Source: an uncultured Clostridia bacterium (GTDB lineage Bacteria > Bacillota > Clostridia > TANB77 > CAG-508). Taken from it: a DNA stretch of 55,752 nt. Made by a program: the position numbers and the translations under genes. The notes under the pieces are model-generated. The model was given only the letters and a program-made list of their open reading frames with translations, was not told the origin of the DNA and did no database searches. The stretch is from NCBI GenBank assembly GCA_947588635.1, contig CANPYN010000003.1, positions 1 to 55,752 of the forward strand, given 5' to 3'. This document shows positions 1 through 10,270 of this stretch, in pieces (positions within the stretch are counted from its first letter, which is position 1; the number at the start of each line of letters is the position of its first letter).

Positions 1-206
1 ATTTTACAAAAATATACATTTAGGGTGAAATATTCGCTTACGAAGTTCTAAGGTGATATTATCATAAATTAAATACACTACTAATAACCTTGGAGTTGAA
101 AAATTTGCAAAAATGTGGTATTATATATTATATAGACTTTATAATCTCCTTTTATTTAAGGTCATCATAGGGAATCTATAGAGTATAATGAAAGGAGGCT
201 TAAAAA

Positions 207-386
207 ATGAAAAGTAATAGATTAGCTTTTATAATATTAGTAGCTGTAATAGCTATATGCATTACAGCAGCTTGTATTACATTTGCTGTTACAGGTAGGA
301 CTACAGAAGCAATGACTGTTTTCTTTATTGCTTTTGTTGTATTAGCTATTTCTATAATTGCTGTTGTTTTTAACAACAACAAATAA
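207..386 (+). CDS. Small 59-aa two-helix membrane protein (MKSNRLAFII...VVFNNNK), not in the ORF track
   Basis: Translated by hand. AAAGGAGG RBS at 191-198, ATG at 207, TAA at 384-386, two hydrophobic segments, strong hairpin downstream. Confidence 0.75.
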   Translation: MKSNRLAFIILVAVIAICITAACITFAVTGRTTEAMTVFFIAFVVLAISIIAVVFNNNK

Positions 387-402
387 TAATTTTTTAAGTT
401 TC

Positions 403-445
403 GAAAGGAGACCAACTAAACTCTAGAGTTTAGCTGGTCTCCTTC
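403..445. terminator. Hairpin between the convergent small ORF and asnB, probable terminator
   Basis: gaaaggagaccaactaaactc / gagtttagctggtctccttc inverted repeat. Confidence 0.65.
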
Positions 446-459
446 ATTATTTAATATAT

Positions 460-2309
460 TTATATTTCAATTTTAGGCTGATATTTCTCGAGCCACATAT
501 TTACTTGGCATAAATATGCCATAAGTTGTGGACCAGTCATTAACTGACCAAACCATGGTCTTGTAAATGCTTTTCCATCTGTTTCAATTATATAAATTAT
601 ATACTCTCTATTTAACAAGTTATTTATAGGTGAATTTTTATTATACATTATCTTTTTTAATTTATTTTTCACTGCTAAAAGATATGTCGGATTATGCGTT
701 TTAGGATATGGACTCTTTTTTCTATCAACTATCTCCTCTGGTAATAAATCTCTTACAACATATCTTAACAATCCTTTTTCTCTCCCATTTAAAGCCTTTA
801 TTTCCCAAGGAATATTCCACATATATTCTACTATTCTATAATCACAAAATGGTACTCTTAGTTCTAAACCATTTTGCATTGACATTCTATCTGATCTATC
901 TAAAAGTGTCTGCATAAACCAATTTATAGTTAAATATGATATTTTTCTTTTTTCTGCTGTCTCTTTTGAATCACTATCTAATATATCTACATTACTTAAG
1001 CTCTCATTATATCTATAATCTATATATTCTTTTAAATTGACTTCTTTAGATATATCCGGATTTAATAGCTTTTGTCTTTCAGAAATAGCAATAGACCAAG
1101 GAAATGTATTGCTATTTAAGGCATCTTCTCTAAAAAACCATGGATACCCTGCAAATATTTCATCAGAACATTCACCAGATACAGCTACTTTTGCTTCTTT
1201 ACTTATATTTTTACAGAATAATAACATTGATGAATCCACATCAGCCATTCCAGGAAAATCTCTTGCAATCATAGCATCTTCTAGGGCATCTGCTAATTCT
1301 GGAGTGTCTATTACTATTTCATGATGATTAGTGTTGAATTTTTTTCTCATTATATCTATATAATAATTGTCTGAATTCGGTTGAAAATCACTTTTAACAA
1401 AATTTTTATCATTATCAACATAGTCTACTGAAAATGTATTTAATTTTGGCATATTATTTTTCTTATAATAATTACTTGCATACGCAGTTATTATGCTGGA
1501 ATCTAATCCTCCAGATAACATCGCACAAATAGGTACATCTGACACTAACTGCTTCGATATCGAATCCTCTAATAAATATCTTATATTCTCACATGTCTTT
1601 CCAAAACTATCTGTATGTTCTTTGCTTTCCAGTTTCCAATATCTTTCTATATGAATACCCGATTTGTTAAATAATAAAAAATGAGCTGGCTTTAACTCGT
1701 GTATATTTTTGAATATTCCACTTCCCGGAGTATGTGCTGGTCCGAAGGCCAAATAATTCACATATTCCTTGTTTATCAATAGTAATTTCTACTTTTGGAT
1801 AGCTAAGTAAAGCTTTTACTTCTGATGCAAAAACAATTGTATTTTCTATTAAAGTATAATAGAGTGGTTTTATACCAAACTGATCTCTAACTAAAAATAA
1901 TTCTTTTGTTTTGTTATTCCAAATTGCAAAACTAAAAATACCATTTAATCTTTTGAGTATACTTGTGCCATAATGAATAAATGCTTTCAGTAATACTTCT
2001 GTATCAGAATATCCGTTTAAAGTCATATCCCAATTCTTCTAACTCAATTTTTATTTCATCTTTATTATATATCTGCCCATTATATACAATAGTATATGTT
2101 GTATCATTATATCTTGCACTCATAGGCTGTTTTCCATTCTTAGCATCAATTATTGTTAGCCTTCTGTGTCCTAAATTTATATTATTATCTGAATAATATC
2201 CCTCCTCATCTGGTCCCCTCTTTTGTAATCTTGAATTCATAATTTTTACAATATTTATATCTTTCGAAATATCCTTATTTAAATTAGTAAATCCAACAAA
2301 ACCACACAT
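460..2309 (-). CDS. asnB: Asparagine synthetase (glutamine-hydrolysing), AsnB/AsnO-like; ~615 aa after two +1 shifts at CGG
   Basis: N-terminal MCGF (Ntn amidotransferase) after an AGGAGG RBS; RGPD, GHRRL, LSGGLDSS and SGECSDE motifs. Three ORF pieces join at AAA-CGGA (2012-2015, giving FK-G-YSDTEV) and CTT-CGGA (1741-1744, giving FGL-G-PAHTPG). Confidence 0.92.
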
Positions 2310-2446
2310 AACTGCCTCCTTACTCATAATATTTCTCATATTCATATTATGTATTAGTTCTTATTTTGTTACTTACAAAATAGTATTGATGAAAAAAAGT
2401 ACCCCTTACAATTAAAATCATAAGGGATACAATTAATTTATAAATG

Positions 2447-2689
2447 CTAACAACAAGTTTTCTTTTTACAACATATTAACATTACTATTCTTATTATTAA
2501 AAGGATTAGCAATGTAACTAAGAATAATACTATTGCACCAATTCCTAAAAATGTTACTAATCCCGTTGCCTCACCTATAATCAATCCAACTACAAATGAT
2601 AATAATATAGATATTATAAATACTACTAAATCAATACAACATTTTCTTTTTTTATCTTTTTTGAAGCATATATCTACTTGTGGTTCCAT
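2447..2689 (-). CDS. Small membrane protein with two TM segments and Cys-Cys/Lys-rich termini
   Basis: 80-aa ORF, AGGAGGTG RBS, hydrophobic hairpin, terminator-like stem at about 2398-2431. Confidence 0.7.
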   Translation of the reverse strand: MEPQVDICFKKDKKRKCCIDLVVFIISILLSFVVGLIIGEATGLVTFLGIGAIVLFLVTLLILLIIRIVMLICCKKKTCC

Positions 2690-2807
2690 AATATAAAAGC
2701 ACCTCCTATTATGCTATATTAGGATATACTATATATTATGACATTTATCTACTTTTTGTGATAATAACCACAAGAAATTTATATATATAAATAATATATT
2801 TTATCCA

Positions 2808-3010
2808 AATCTAATTCGTCTAAAAGGAAAATTTTTTTAAAAAAGACTAAATCTAGTCCGTCCAAAAAAGGAAAAATTTCTTAAAAAAGACTAAATCTAG
2901 TCCGTCCAAAAAAGGAAAAATTTCTTGAAAAAGACTAAATCTAGTCCGTCCAAAAAAGGAAAAATTTCTTGAAAAAGACTAAATCTAGTCCGTCCAAAAA
3001 AGGAAAAATT
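2808..3010 (+). repeat. Tandem array of a 44-bp unit (4 copies plus 1 degenerate) containing the hairpin GACTA-AATC-TAGTC; REP-like
   Basis: GACTAAATCTAGTCCGTCC starts at 2845, 2889, 2933 and 2977; the same motif occurs inverted at 54631-54665 and 54701-54734. Confidence 0.9.
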
Positions 3011-4225
3011 AGTTTATTTCTCTTGATTGTTTTATCATTAAGTCACCAAATACTGCGTATCCTGTTGTGGGGTCATTTACTAATACGTGTGTTACTGCTC
3101 CTATAAATTTGTTGTTTTGTATTATTGGTGCTCCACTCATTCCGTTGTATTATTCCTCCTGTTAGTTCTAATAGTTTGGGGTCTGTTACTTTTATTAGCA
3201 TGCTTTTGTTATTAATATTATTATTTCTGTATATTTTTGTTATTTCTATTTCATATTCTTCTCTTACTCCGTTTTCTATATCTAATAATATTTTTGCTTT
3301 TCCTTCTTGTATTTCTTCTCTATTTGCTACTTCTATTTCGTTGTTACTACTTAAGCCTAATTTGTTGTTGTTTGTTATATTTCCATAAATTCCAAAGTCT
3401 GTGTTTATATTTACATTTCCTATTGTTTCGCCGGTTTACTATGCTTCCTTTTATTTCTCCTGGCACTCCTTCTTTTCCTTTTACAATCGATGATATTTTT
3501 GATGTTACTAGTTCACCACTGGATATATTTATTAATTCTTCTGTATCAATATCTATTATTCCATGACCTAGTGCAGCAAATTTATTAGTTGATGGCTCAT
3601 AATAACTCATGGTTCCTATTCCTGCTGCTCCATCTCTTACCCATAATCCTAGTTTATATTCATTGTCTTTTGTTTTTATTGGTGCTATTGTTGATATGAA
3701 TTCTTCTCCGTCTCGTATATATTTTACTCTTAAACTTTTTCCGTTTGAACTGTTTACACTACTTAATAATTCGGATGTACATGTAACTTCTTGTTGATTT
3801 ATTTCTACAATCATATCTCCTTCTTCTATCCCAGTATTTTCATAAGGTTTTTGCCCTTCTATTTCTGTCATCCCTACAACTAATACTCCACTTGTATATA
3901 GTTTTAATCCTACTGAATTTCCTAGTGGAATAACTGAAGTTTTAGGTATTGTATTGACTTCAATATTTTTTACATTTATTAAATTAAATAAACTTAATGT
4001 TACTGTTTTTTTCTCTACTTTGTTTTCATTATTAATCGTACTCGATGTTTCTATTGTTTTATAACTATTATTCTCTTTTAATGATATCCCTAAAATTACT
4101 CCTAAATTCAATTCTTCACCTTGAAATAAAACAATATCATCAGGTATAGATGTAATATTAGTAACATATACTAATATTATTAGTAAAGAAATAATTAAAC
4201 ATATTCTAAAAAAAATCTTTCTCAT
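3009..4225 (-). CDS. spoIVB: SpoIVB peptidase (S55) with PDZ domain; ~404 aa after two +1 shifts at CGG
   Basis: LGLWVRD..AGIGT and ALGHGI motifs. AAC-CGGC (3430-3433) continues [17 protein letters not shown]; CAA-CGGA (3141-3144) restores the catalytic GGIIQ-G-MSGAP, then [15 protein letters not shown] to TAA at 3009-3011. Confidence 0.92.
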
Positions 4226-4281
4226 ATAAAAACGGTCACCCTATTCTTAGGATAACCATTTTCAAATTTTTAAACCCTAAT

Positions 4282-6096
4282 TTATCTAAATTCATGTGTT
4301 ACATATCTTTCTCTTGCAAGAGCCTTTTGGTATGCTTTCTTATGTGCTTTTCCTGTATCTGAATCTTTGTCATAGCCTTCAAATAAGTCCCTCTGAATTA
4401 TACAGTAATAACATGCCTGTCTAGTTGTGGCAGCATTAATATTATGTTTATAGTAATATTTAGTTTCTTCTTCTTCAGTATACGATTTAATCACATAATC
4501 AGTATTTCTATATCCTACTAAGTTTGAGTCGTATGTTAATTTTTTACAATAAGGCATATGATAATATTCATCATTTCCGTTAAGATATATTTCATCTGGA
4601 TTTACATATTCATTATTTGCAGTGCTTGTTGCTACAACATAGTTATTATAATCTTTTGTTCCAATTGGCATACCTTGTACAAAAGTTACCATTGACACAT
4701 TTTTTAAAATATTGTCCCAATCTGTTTCAGATAAAATTGGTAATTGATATTCCCCCTCTGCGTTACGGCTATAACTTGTTATTGCTTGATTTAAATTACT
4801 TATTAATATTTGTTTTATTACATTCCTTTTATGTTTTACAAATACAGATGCATCACTTTCGGGATCTTCGTTTTTGTTAAAAATTTTATCATCTAAATTT
4901 CCATATAGTTCTTCTATATTTACTGAATTTCCATATATTTGTTTCAGTTCATCTTCGTTTATCTTCATATTCCTAATTGTTAGCTTTTTCAATTTATCAT
5001 TATTATAAACCCAATTTGAAAATAATTTTGCTTCGTAATAATAATTTCTCGCACTAATATCTTGCTGTATACCTACATCTATAACTCCACTATATTCAGT
5101 TCCTTTGGTATCTTGATATAAACCCTTATATTCTATATTTTTGTTACTTGTAATAGCAACGCTATTTAAAGCTTGGTAAATAGTTTTGCCATTATACATA
5201 ACTATTTTTTTATATTTTGCACTCACATCTGCAAGATTTGTTCTTTTTCCATCATTTACTTGAAATGGAGTGTCACCGTCAAAATATACTTTAGTATTAT
5301 CAGAAGCATATATATATGTATATTCCATAGGTGAATCTAAATCTTCATACCATACATATTCCTTTAACTTTTCTGGTGTTATATCAAAAGGTTCACTACT
5401 ATTCTTAATTAAATAACCTGATTTTTTTACATAACTTCCATCTACTTCTCCAGATATAGTAATATAATTATCTAATGTATAGTTTACTACTATATCTGTA
5501 TCTGTAGTGTTATCTACATATCTTGCCGAATATGATGTAAATGGTTTTAATATATGTGAATACTCTGTTTTAGCATATTCTGAGTTTGTTGTATATGCTA
5601 CACCATTATATAATCCTTCTCCATTATATACTCCATCACTTGTATATTGGTCAGTATCACACACATACAATATATTTTTATCCTCATCAAGTACTCCCAA
5701 ACCGTCTTCATCTTTTATAATCTGCTTTGTTTCTGTTGGTGAATATATATAATATCCATCATATACTGTAAATGCAATAGCAGGAATATATGCAAGCATT
5801 TGCTGTTTACTTGCTCCACTAATTTCTAAACTATTTGCAAGAGAGTCAGTAAAAGTATTAATTGAAGCATTAACAATTCTACGTCTTAATTTTTCTACTG
5901 ATGAATAATTTTCATTTAATTCAACTGTGTTAAATTCAAACGCAGCTATTGCATCTCTTGTTGCACTTAATTGTTTCGAAGTATAGCTAGTTTGTAAATT
6001 ATTTGTATTTACCTGCAAAGAGATATAGTATGAAGCAACCAATACGATTGGAATTATTATTATCATATATATTACTGCAAAATTTGATATTTTCAT
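4282..6096 (-). CDS. Large pilus-associated protein with N-terminal TM helix (putative minor or tip pilin / adhesin)
   Basis: 604 aa, single N-terminal hydrophobic helix, C-terminal His/Cys motifs (YYHMPYC...CYYC), last gene of the Tad-like cluster; function inferred from context. Confidence 0.55.
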   Translation of the reverse strand: MKISNFAVIYMIIIIPIVLVASYYISLQVNTNNLQTSYTSKQLSATRDAIAAFEFNTVELNENYSSVEKLRRRIVNASINTFTDSLANSLEISGASKQQMLAYIPAIAFTVYDGYYIYSPTETKQIIKDEDGLGVLDEDKNILYVCDTDQYTSDGVYNGEGLYNGVAYTTNSEYAKTEYSHILKPFTSYSARYVDNTTDTDIVVNYTLDNYITISGEVDGSYVKKSGYLIKNSSEPFDITPEKLKEYVWYEDLDSPMEYTYIYASDNTKVYFDGDTPFQVNDGKRTNLADVSAKYKKIVMYNGKTIYQALNSVAITSNKNIEYKGLYQDTKGTEYSGVIDVGIQQDISARNYYYEAKLFSNWVYNNDKLKKLTIRNMKINEDELKQIYGNSVNIEELYGNLDDKIFNKNEDPESDASVFVKHKRNVIKQILISNLNQAITSYSRNAEGEYQLPILSETDWDNILKNVSMVTFVQGMPIGTKDYNNYVVATSTANNEYVNPDEIYLNGNDEYYHMPYCKKLTYDSNLVGYRNTDYVIKSYTEEEETKYYYKHNINAATTRQACYYCIIQRDLFEGYDKDSDTGKAHKKAYQKALARERYVTHEFR

Positions 6097-6206
6097 CTTT
6101 CACCTCATAATAAAGTGAGATATGAAATAGAATATCATTATTAAAATATTCCTATCACCTCTCACTTTATATTTATCTTTTATGTATTTTTAAGTATTTT
6201 ATATAG

Positions 6207-6770
6207 CTATATTACTAGCCCTTGACTAGTTGCTACAATTTCACTTGTATTTTTTCCTACTACTCCAAAAAGAGAAGGCATTAATTTTTTAGAATATGAT
6301 TGACTTTTGTTTTTTGTTGTTATTATTACTTCATCACTTTTATTTAATTTTATAGGATCAGAAATATCTCCTGAATTGTAATAAGTTGAATATGATTGAG
6401 TTTCTCCTTGTAAATCTTCTGATGTTAAAGCAGCTTTTTTACCAGGATTATTACTTTTATGCTTTACTTCTATTGTTATATCTGCTGGAATTCCTGTGCT
6501 GTCTGCTCTTTGTTGTAGTTCATCTATATCGCTAGGATCTACAACTCTTTTACTTACTATTTTACTCACACATTCTGAGGTTGCTGAATTATATACTTCT
6601 TGTGCTATCTTATCAGCTTTTCCTGCTGTAGAATTAACTGTTACTCCATACATTCCACCTACTAATAAAACTGTTCCTACTATTGGTATAATTACATCTC
6701 CAATTTCTCCTCGTTGATCTTTTATTGCTTTATTTACAAATTGTTTTATTGATATGAGAATATTCTTCAT
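6207..6770 (-). CDS. Pilin-like protein with a class III-like leader (TadE/Flp-like)
   Basis: Basic leader ending KDQRG followed by EIGD and a hydrophobic helix; located in the pilus cluster. Confidence 0.6.
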   Translation of the reverse strand: MKNILISIKQFVNKAIKDQRGEIGDVIIPIVGTVLLVGGMYGVTVNSTAGKADKIAQEVYNSATSECVSKIVSKRVVDPSDIDELQQRADSTGIPADITIEVKHKSNNPGKKAALTSEDLQGETQSYSTYYNSGDISDPIKLNKSDEVIITTKNKSQSYSKKLMPSLFGVVGKNTSEIVATSQGLVI

Positions 6771-6917
6771 CTTTTATCCCCCCTTAATACATCTAATCTT
6801 GTATTTTTTAATTGTTAATAATTAATAGTGAATAATGAACACCATAAAAATTTATATTCATCATTCATTATTAATTATTTTATATGATTCATAATACCAT
6901 TTGAATTTACCATTTTA

Positions 6918-6955
6918 TTCTTGAATAGGAAAATTTAAAATTTCCTATTCAAGAA
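6918..6955. terminator. Near-perfect hairpin inside the pilus cluster
   Basis: ttcttgaataggaaa / tttcctattcaagaa. Confidence 0.55.
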
Positions 6956-7014
6956 ATATTTACAAATATTTTTGTAATTTTTCATACTTCTTTTCATTAG
7001 TAATCATTATATAT

Positions 7015-7554
7015 TTACTTCAAAGTATATGTAATATATGTTTTTTTATCACCAGCTGATAGAATTACTTCTGTTCCATCTTCACCTATAAGATATCTAC
7101 CACTATAAGGAACTTCAACAAAATCCTCCAAAAATTGTGCATTTTCACTTAGTTTATTTAGCTTTTTACTTATAAAATTACCTACTACCGTTTCAATATC
7201 AGCTGTTGTTGAAGGAGCCGTATTTTTGTCCCATATACCTTCACTCTTCAAATCCTTTATGTCGTCTTCTGTTAAATCTGTATCAAATTTATATGTTCCA
7301 TCTCCTAGTTTTACTATTACATTTAATCCTTCATCTTTGTACCTATATAATGTTGATATAACATCTGTTATAGAAACGTTTCTGTTTTTATCTTTAGATG
7401 ATAAATTATTATAAAAATTTGTTTTATCATTATAATATAAAACATAATCTCCTGTTGATTTAGCCTGTGTTATATATATAAGTGATATTGCAAGCACACT
7501 AATAAATGCAAATACTGCAAATGCAATTTTTAAAGCATCAACTGCATTTTCCAT
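7015..7554 (-). CDS. Pilin-like protein (MENA-type N-terminus)
   Basis: MENAVDAL followed by a hydrophobic helix; related to the neighbouring MENASKAL proteins. Confidence 0.6.
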   Translation of the reverse strand: MENAVDALKIAFAVFAFISVLAISLIYITQAKSTGDYVLYYNDKTNFYNNLSSKDKNRNVSITDVISTLYRYKDEGLNVIVKLGDGTYKFDTDLTEDDIKDLKSEGIWDKNTAPSTTADIETVVGNFISKKLNKLSENAQFLEDFVEVPYSGRYLIGEDGTEVILSAGDKKTYITYTLK

Positions 7555-7658
7555 AACTCATTTCTCCTAACTATATAATAGCAATTGTTTAAATATAATA
7601 TTTTTTATATATCATTACATCACTTTTCTAATATTTCATAATTAATTACTAATTCCAA

Positions 7659-8099
7659 CTATGATTTAGTAATACTAATATAATCTATATATCCGTTCTC
7701 ACTATTTCCAGCGTTTGCGCCATTTGTGTCAACTAACTTGTAACTGCCAACAGTAAGTGCATCTGTTCCATAATAATGAACGGAAACAGTATAATTTCCA
7801 GTACTAACAATGTCATTTATACTACTAACTGAACAATATACATTAACTTGGTGTTCACTATCCGTTGCATTACTTGCATTAACCGCATTTACTAAATTTT
7901 TTATTTCTGAACCTTTTCTTTTTCCTTCATATGCTGTAAATTGACTGTTAAAAGTTTGGATTTTTTGACTGTTCATTCCTGCTGTTCCTGTTGATGTTAC
8001 ATCTTTTCCTGAATTTATTAAAATTATTCCTATACTTATTAATAATATTGATATTAATATTGCTCCTGCTATAATTAAAGCTTTTGATGCATTCTCCAT
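7659..8099 (-). CDS. Putative major pilin paralogue 4
   Basis: First 59 aa identical to three adjacent paralogues, variable C-terminus, own RBS. Confidence 0.7.
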   Translation of the reverse strand: MENASKALIIAGAILISILLISIGIILINSGKDVTSTGTAGMNSQKIQTFNSQFTAYEGKRKGSEIKNLVNAVNASNATDSEHQVNVYCSVSSINDIVSTGNYTVSVHYYGTDALTVGSYKLVDTNGANAGNSENGYIDYISITKS

Positions 8100-8123
8100 A
8101 ATTTTTTCTCCTTTGAATTTTCA

Positions 8124-8555
8124 TTATTTGTTTGAAATTGAAATATAATTTATATATCCTTGTTCGGACTTCGTTAATTTACCTGCTATTAGGGTTCCTG
8201 ATGGAGCAGTTTGGTCTTTACCATTAGAATAATTAACTGTAACTGTATATGTTTTTGTACTTGTAAGTGAGCCCACATTAGCAACAGGTGCATAAACAGC
8301 AACTTGATGTTCACTATCTGTTGCATTACTTGACATAACTGTATTCACTAAACTTGTTATCTCTGAACCTTTTCTATCCCCTTCGTATGCTGTAAATTGG
8401 CTGTTAAAGGTTTGAATTTTCTGACTGTTCATTCCTGCTGTTCCTGTCGATGTTACATCCTTTCCTGAGTTTATTAAAATTATTCCTATACTTATTAATA
8501 GTATTGATATTAATATTGCTCCTGCTATAATTAAAGCTTTTGATGCATTCTCCAT
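8124..8555 (-). CDS. Putative major pilin paralogue 3
   Basis: Identical MENASKAL...FTAYEG N-terminus, GAGGAGG RBS. Confidence 0.7.
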   Translation of the reverse strand: MENASKALIIAGAILISILLISIGIILINSGKDVTSTGTAGMNSQKIQTFNSQFTAYEGDRKGSEITSLVNTVMSSNATDSEHQVAVYAPVANVGSLTSTKTYTVTVNYSNGKDQTAPSGTLIAGKLTKSEQGYINYISISNK

Positions 8556-8579
8556 AATTTTTTCCTCCTCACTTTTACT

Positions 8580-9029
8580 TTATTTTATTATTATACAATC
8601 AATATATCCTTTTTCAAATTTAGCTGCATCATTAGATACACCTGGACCTGCTAACTGATTCTTGGCATCACTTGGGGCAGTTGTTCTGTTACTACCATCA
8701 AAATAACGAACTTCAACTGTATAATTTGTTGTATTATTAATCTCTGCTATACTTGAAGCAGATGAATATATATTAACTTGATGTTCACTATCTGATGCAT
8801 TACTTGCATTAACTACATTTACTAAATTTTTTATTTCTGAACCTTTTCTTGTTCCTTCATATGCTGTGAATTGGCTGTTAAAGGTTTGAATTTTTTGACT
8901 GTTCATTCCTGCTGTTCCTGTTGATGTTACATCCTTTCCTGAGTTTATTAAAATTATTCCTATACTTATTAATAATATTGATATTAATATTGCTCCTGCT
9001 ATAATTAAGGCTTTTGATGCATTCTCCAT
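8580..9029 (-). CDS. Putative major pilin paralogue 2
   Basis: Identical MENASKAL...FTAYEG N-terminus, AGGAGG RBS. Confidence 0.7.
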   Translation of the reverse strand: MENASKALIIAGAILISILLISIGIILINSGKDVTSTGTAGMNSQKIQTFNSQFTAYEGTRKGSEIKNLVNVVNASNASDSEHQVNIYSSASSIAEINNTTNYTVEVRYFDGSNRTTAPSDAKNQLAGPGVSNDAAKFEKGYIDCIIIK

Positions 9030-9063
9030 AATTTTTCCTCCTAAAAATCAATAATATTGTATT

Positions 9064-9471
9064 TTAGCTACTCTTTTTAGCTACATTAATTGTTGAAATA
9101 TATCCTTTTTCTGTCTCTGAACCTGCTGTACTACTATCTGCACTTGCATAAGTAACTGTTACTGTATAGTTTGCTGTAGCTGTTAAGCCAGTTGCTGATG
9201 TTATTCCTGTAATTTTAACTTGATGCTGACTATCTGTTGCATTACTTGATTTAACAGTATTATATAAACCTGTTATTTCTGAACCTTTTCTTGTTCCTTC
9301 ATATGCCGTAAATTGGCTGTTAAAGGTTTGAATCTTTTGACTGTTCATTCCTGCTGTTCCTGTTGATGTTACATCCTTTCCTGAGTTTATTAAAATTATT
9401 CCTATACTTATTAATAATATTGATATTAATATTGCTCCTGCTATAATTAAGGCTTTTGATGCATTCTCCAT
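9064..9471 (-). CDS. Putative major pilin paralogue 1
   Basis: Identical MENASKAL...FTAYEG N-terminus, AAAGGAGG RBS. Confidence 0.7.
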   Translation of the reverse strand: MENASKALIIAGAILISILLISIGIILINSGKDVTSTGTAGMNSQKIQTFNSQFTAYEGTRKGSEITGLYNTVKSSNATDSQHQVKITGITSATGLTATANYTVTVTYASADSSTAGSETEKGYISTINVAKKSS

Positions 9472-9573
9472 AATTTTTCCTCCTTTGAATTTTTATTTAT
9501 TTTATCTTTAGTGTTTAGCACTAAAATATTAAAAGCTTTATTATATTATGGTTTAAAATAGCCATTAAATCAT

Positions 9574-10008
9574 TTATTCTTCTAATTCTTCAAGTATTAA
9601 CTCTGATATTCTTCCTGTTTTTTTATGATATTCTATTTTTGTACATTTGAATTTAATAATATTAAAATTTTTTACAAAATCTGTTATATTATTTTTATAT
9701 ATTTCTTCCATAGAATAAGTTTTATCTATTGTTGTCATTTTTAAATATATTTTTATGCTATTTTCATCATTTTCTATATAATATCCTTTTTCGTCTTTTT
9801 GTATATTGTTTTTTTCATTTTTATTTACTGTTTTACTAATTAAAGTAGCAACATCAGTACCTAAAATTTGTTTATTTAAGTACTCTTCATATTCTGCGTT
9901 TTCTCTTTTTATTTCATTTTGCTCTATTTTTAGGTTTATTAAAAAGGCACATACAAAAAATATTATGATACAAATTATTGCGGATATTATAAAAAATGCC
10001 TGTTTCAT
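9574..10008 (-). CDS. Pilin-like membrane-anchored protein
   Basis: N-terminal TM helix; GTDVATLISK..N and FKC..IEYH.KTGRI motifs shared with 10754-11425 (GTDVISVVNK, FECSEVHYNQETGRI). Confidence 0.6.
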   Translation of the reverse strand: MKQAFFIISAIICIIIFFVCAFLINLKIEQNEIKRENAEYEEYLNKQILGTDVATLISKTVNKNEKNNIQKDEKGYYIENDENSIKIYLKMTTIDKTYSMEEIYKNNITDFVKNFNIIKFKCTKIEYHKKTGRISELILEELEE

Positions 10009-10085
10009 TATATGCCTCCTTCTTTAATTATACCCTTTTTTATTGCAATATGCAATATTTTTTTAGTATTTTCGAAGATTTTTAG

Positions 10086-10258
10086 TTGCCAGTCAGACTT
10101 AAAATAATAGTATTTAGATTTATAATACATATATAATTAATATTTTAGATACCGAGGTAGTGACCTCGTAGAATTAGCTTGCGTCAGAATGTGAGGTTAA
10201 AAATATTAATTATATATGCATTATAAATCTATTAATTCAAATATCTCTGACTTGCAAC
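10086..10258. repeat. Long palindromic element with a conserved ~52-bp core (second copy at 26515-26632)
   Basis: Arms tagatttataatacatatataattaatatttt / aaaatattaattatatatgcattataaatcta around the core GATACCGAGGTAGTGACCTCGTAG...ATGTGAGGTTA. Confidence 0.75.
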
Positions 10259-10270
10259 GATTTTACATTT

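Noticed and set aside
200-415. Minus-strand 71-aa ORF from the track
   Set aside because: It is the antisense shadow of the plus-strand 207-386 ORF, which has the strong RBS.
2808-3010. CRISPR array
   Set aside because: Units are contiguous and near-identical with no unique spacers, and no cas genes are present.
7659-9471. Diversity-generating retroelement or shufflon acting on the pilins
   Set aside because: No reverse transcriptase or site-specific recombinase in the window, all copies are co-oriented, and the differences are not adenine-specific.
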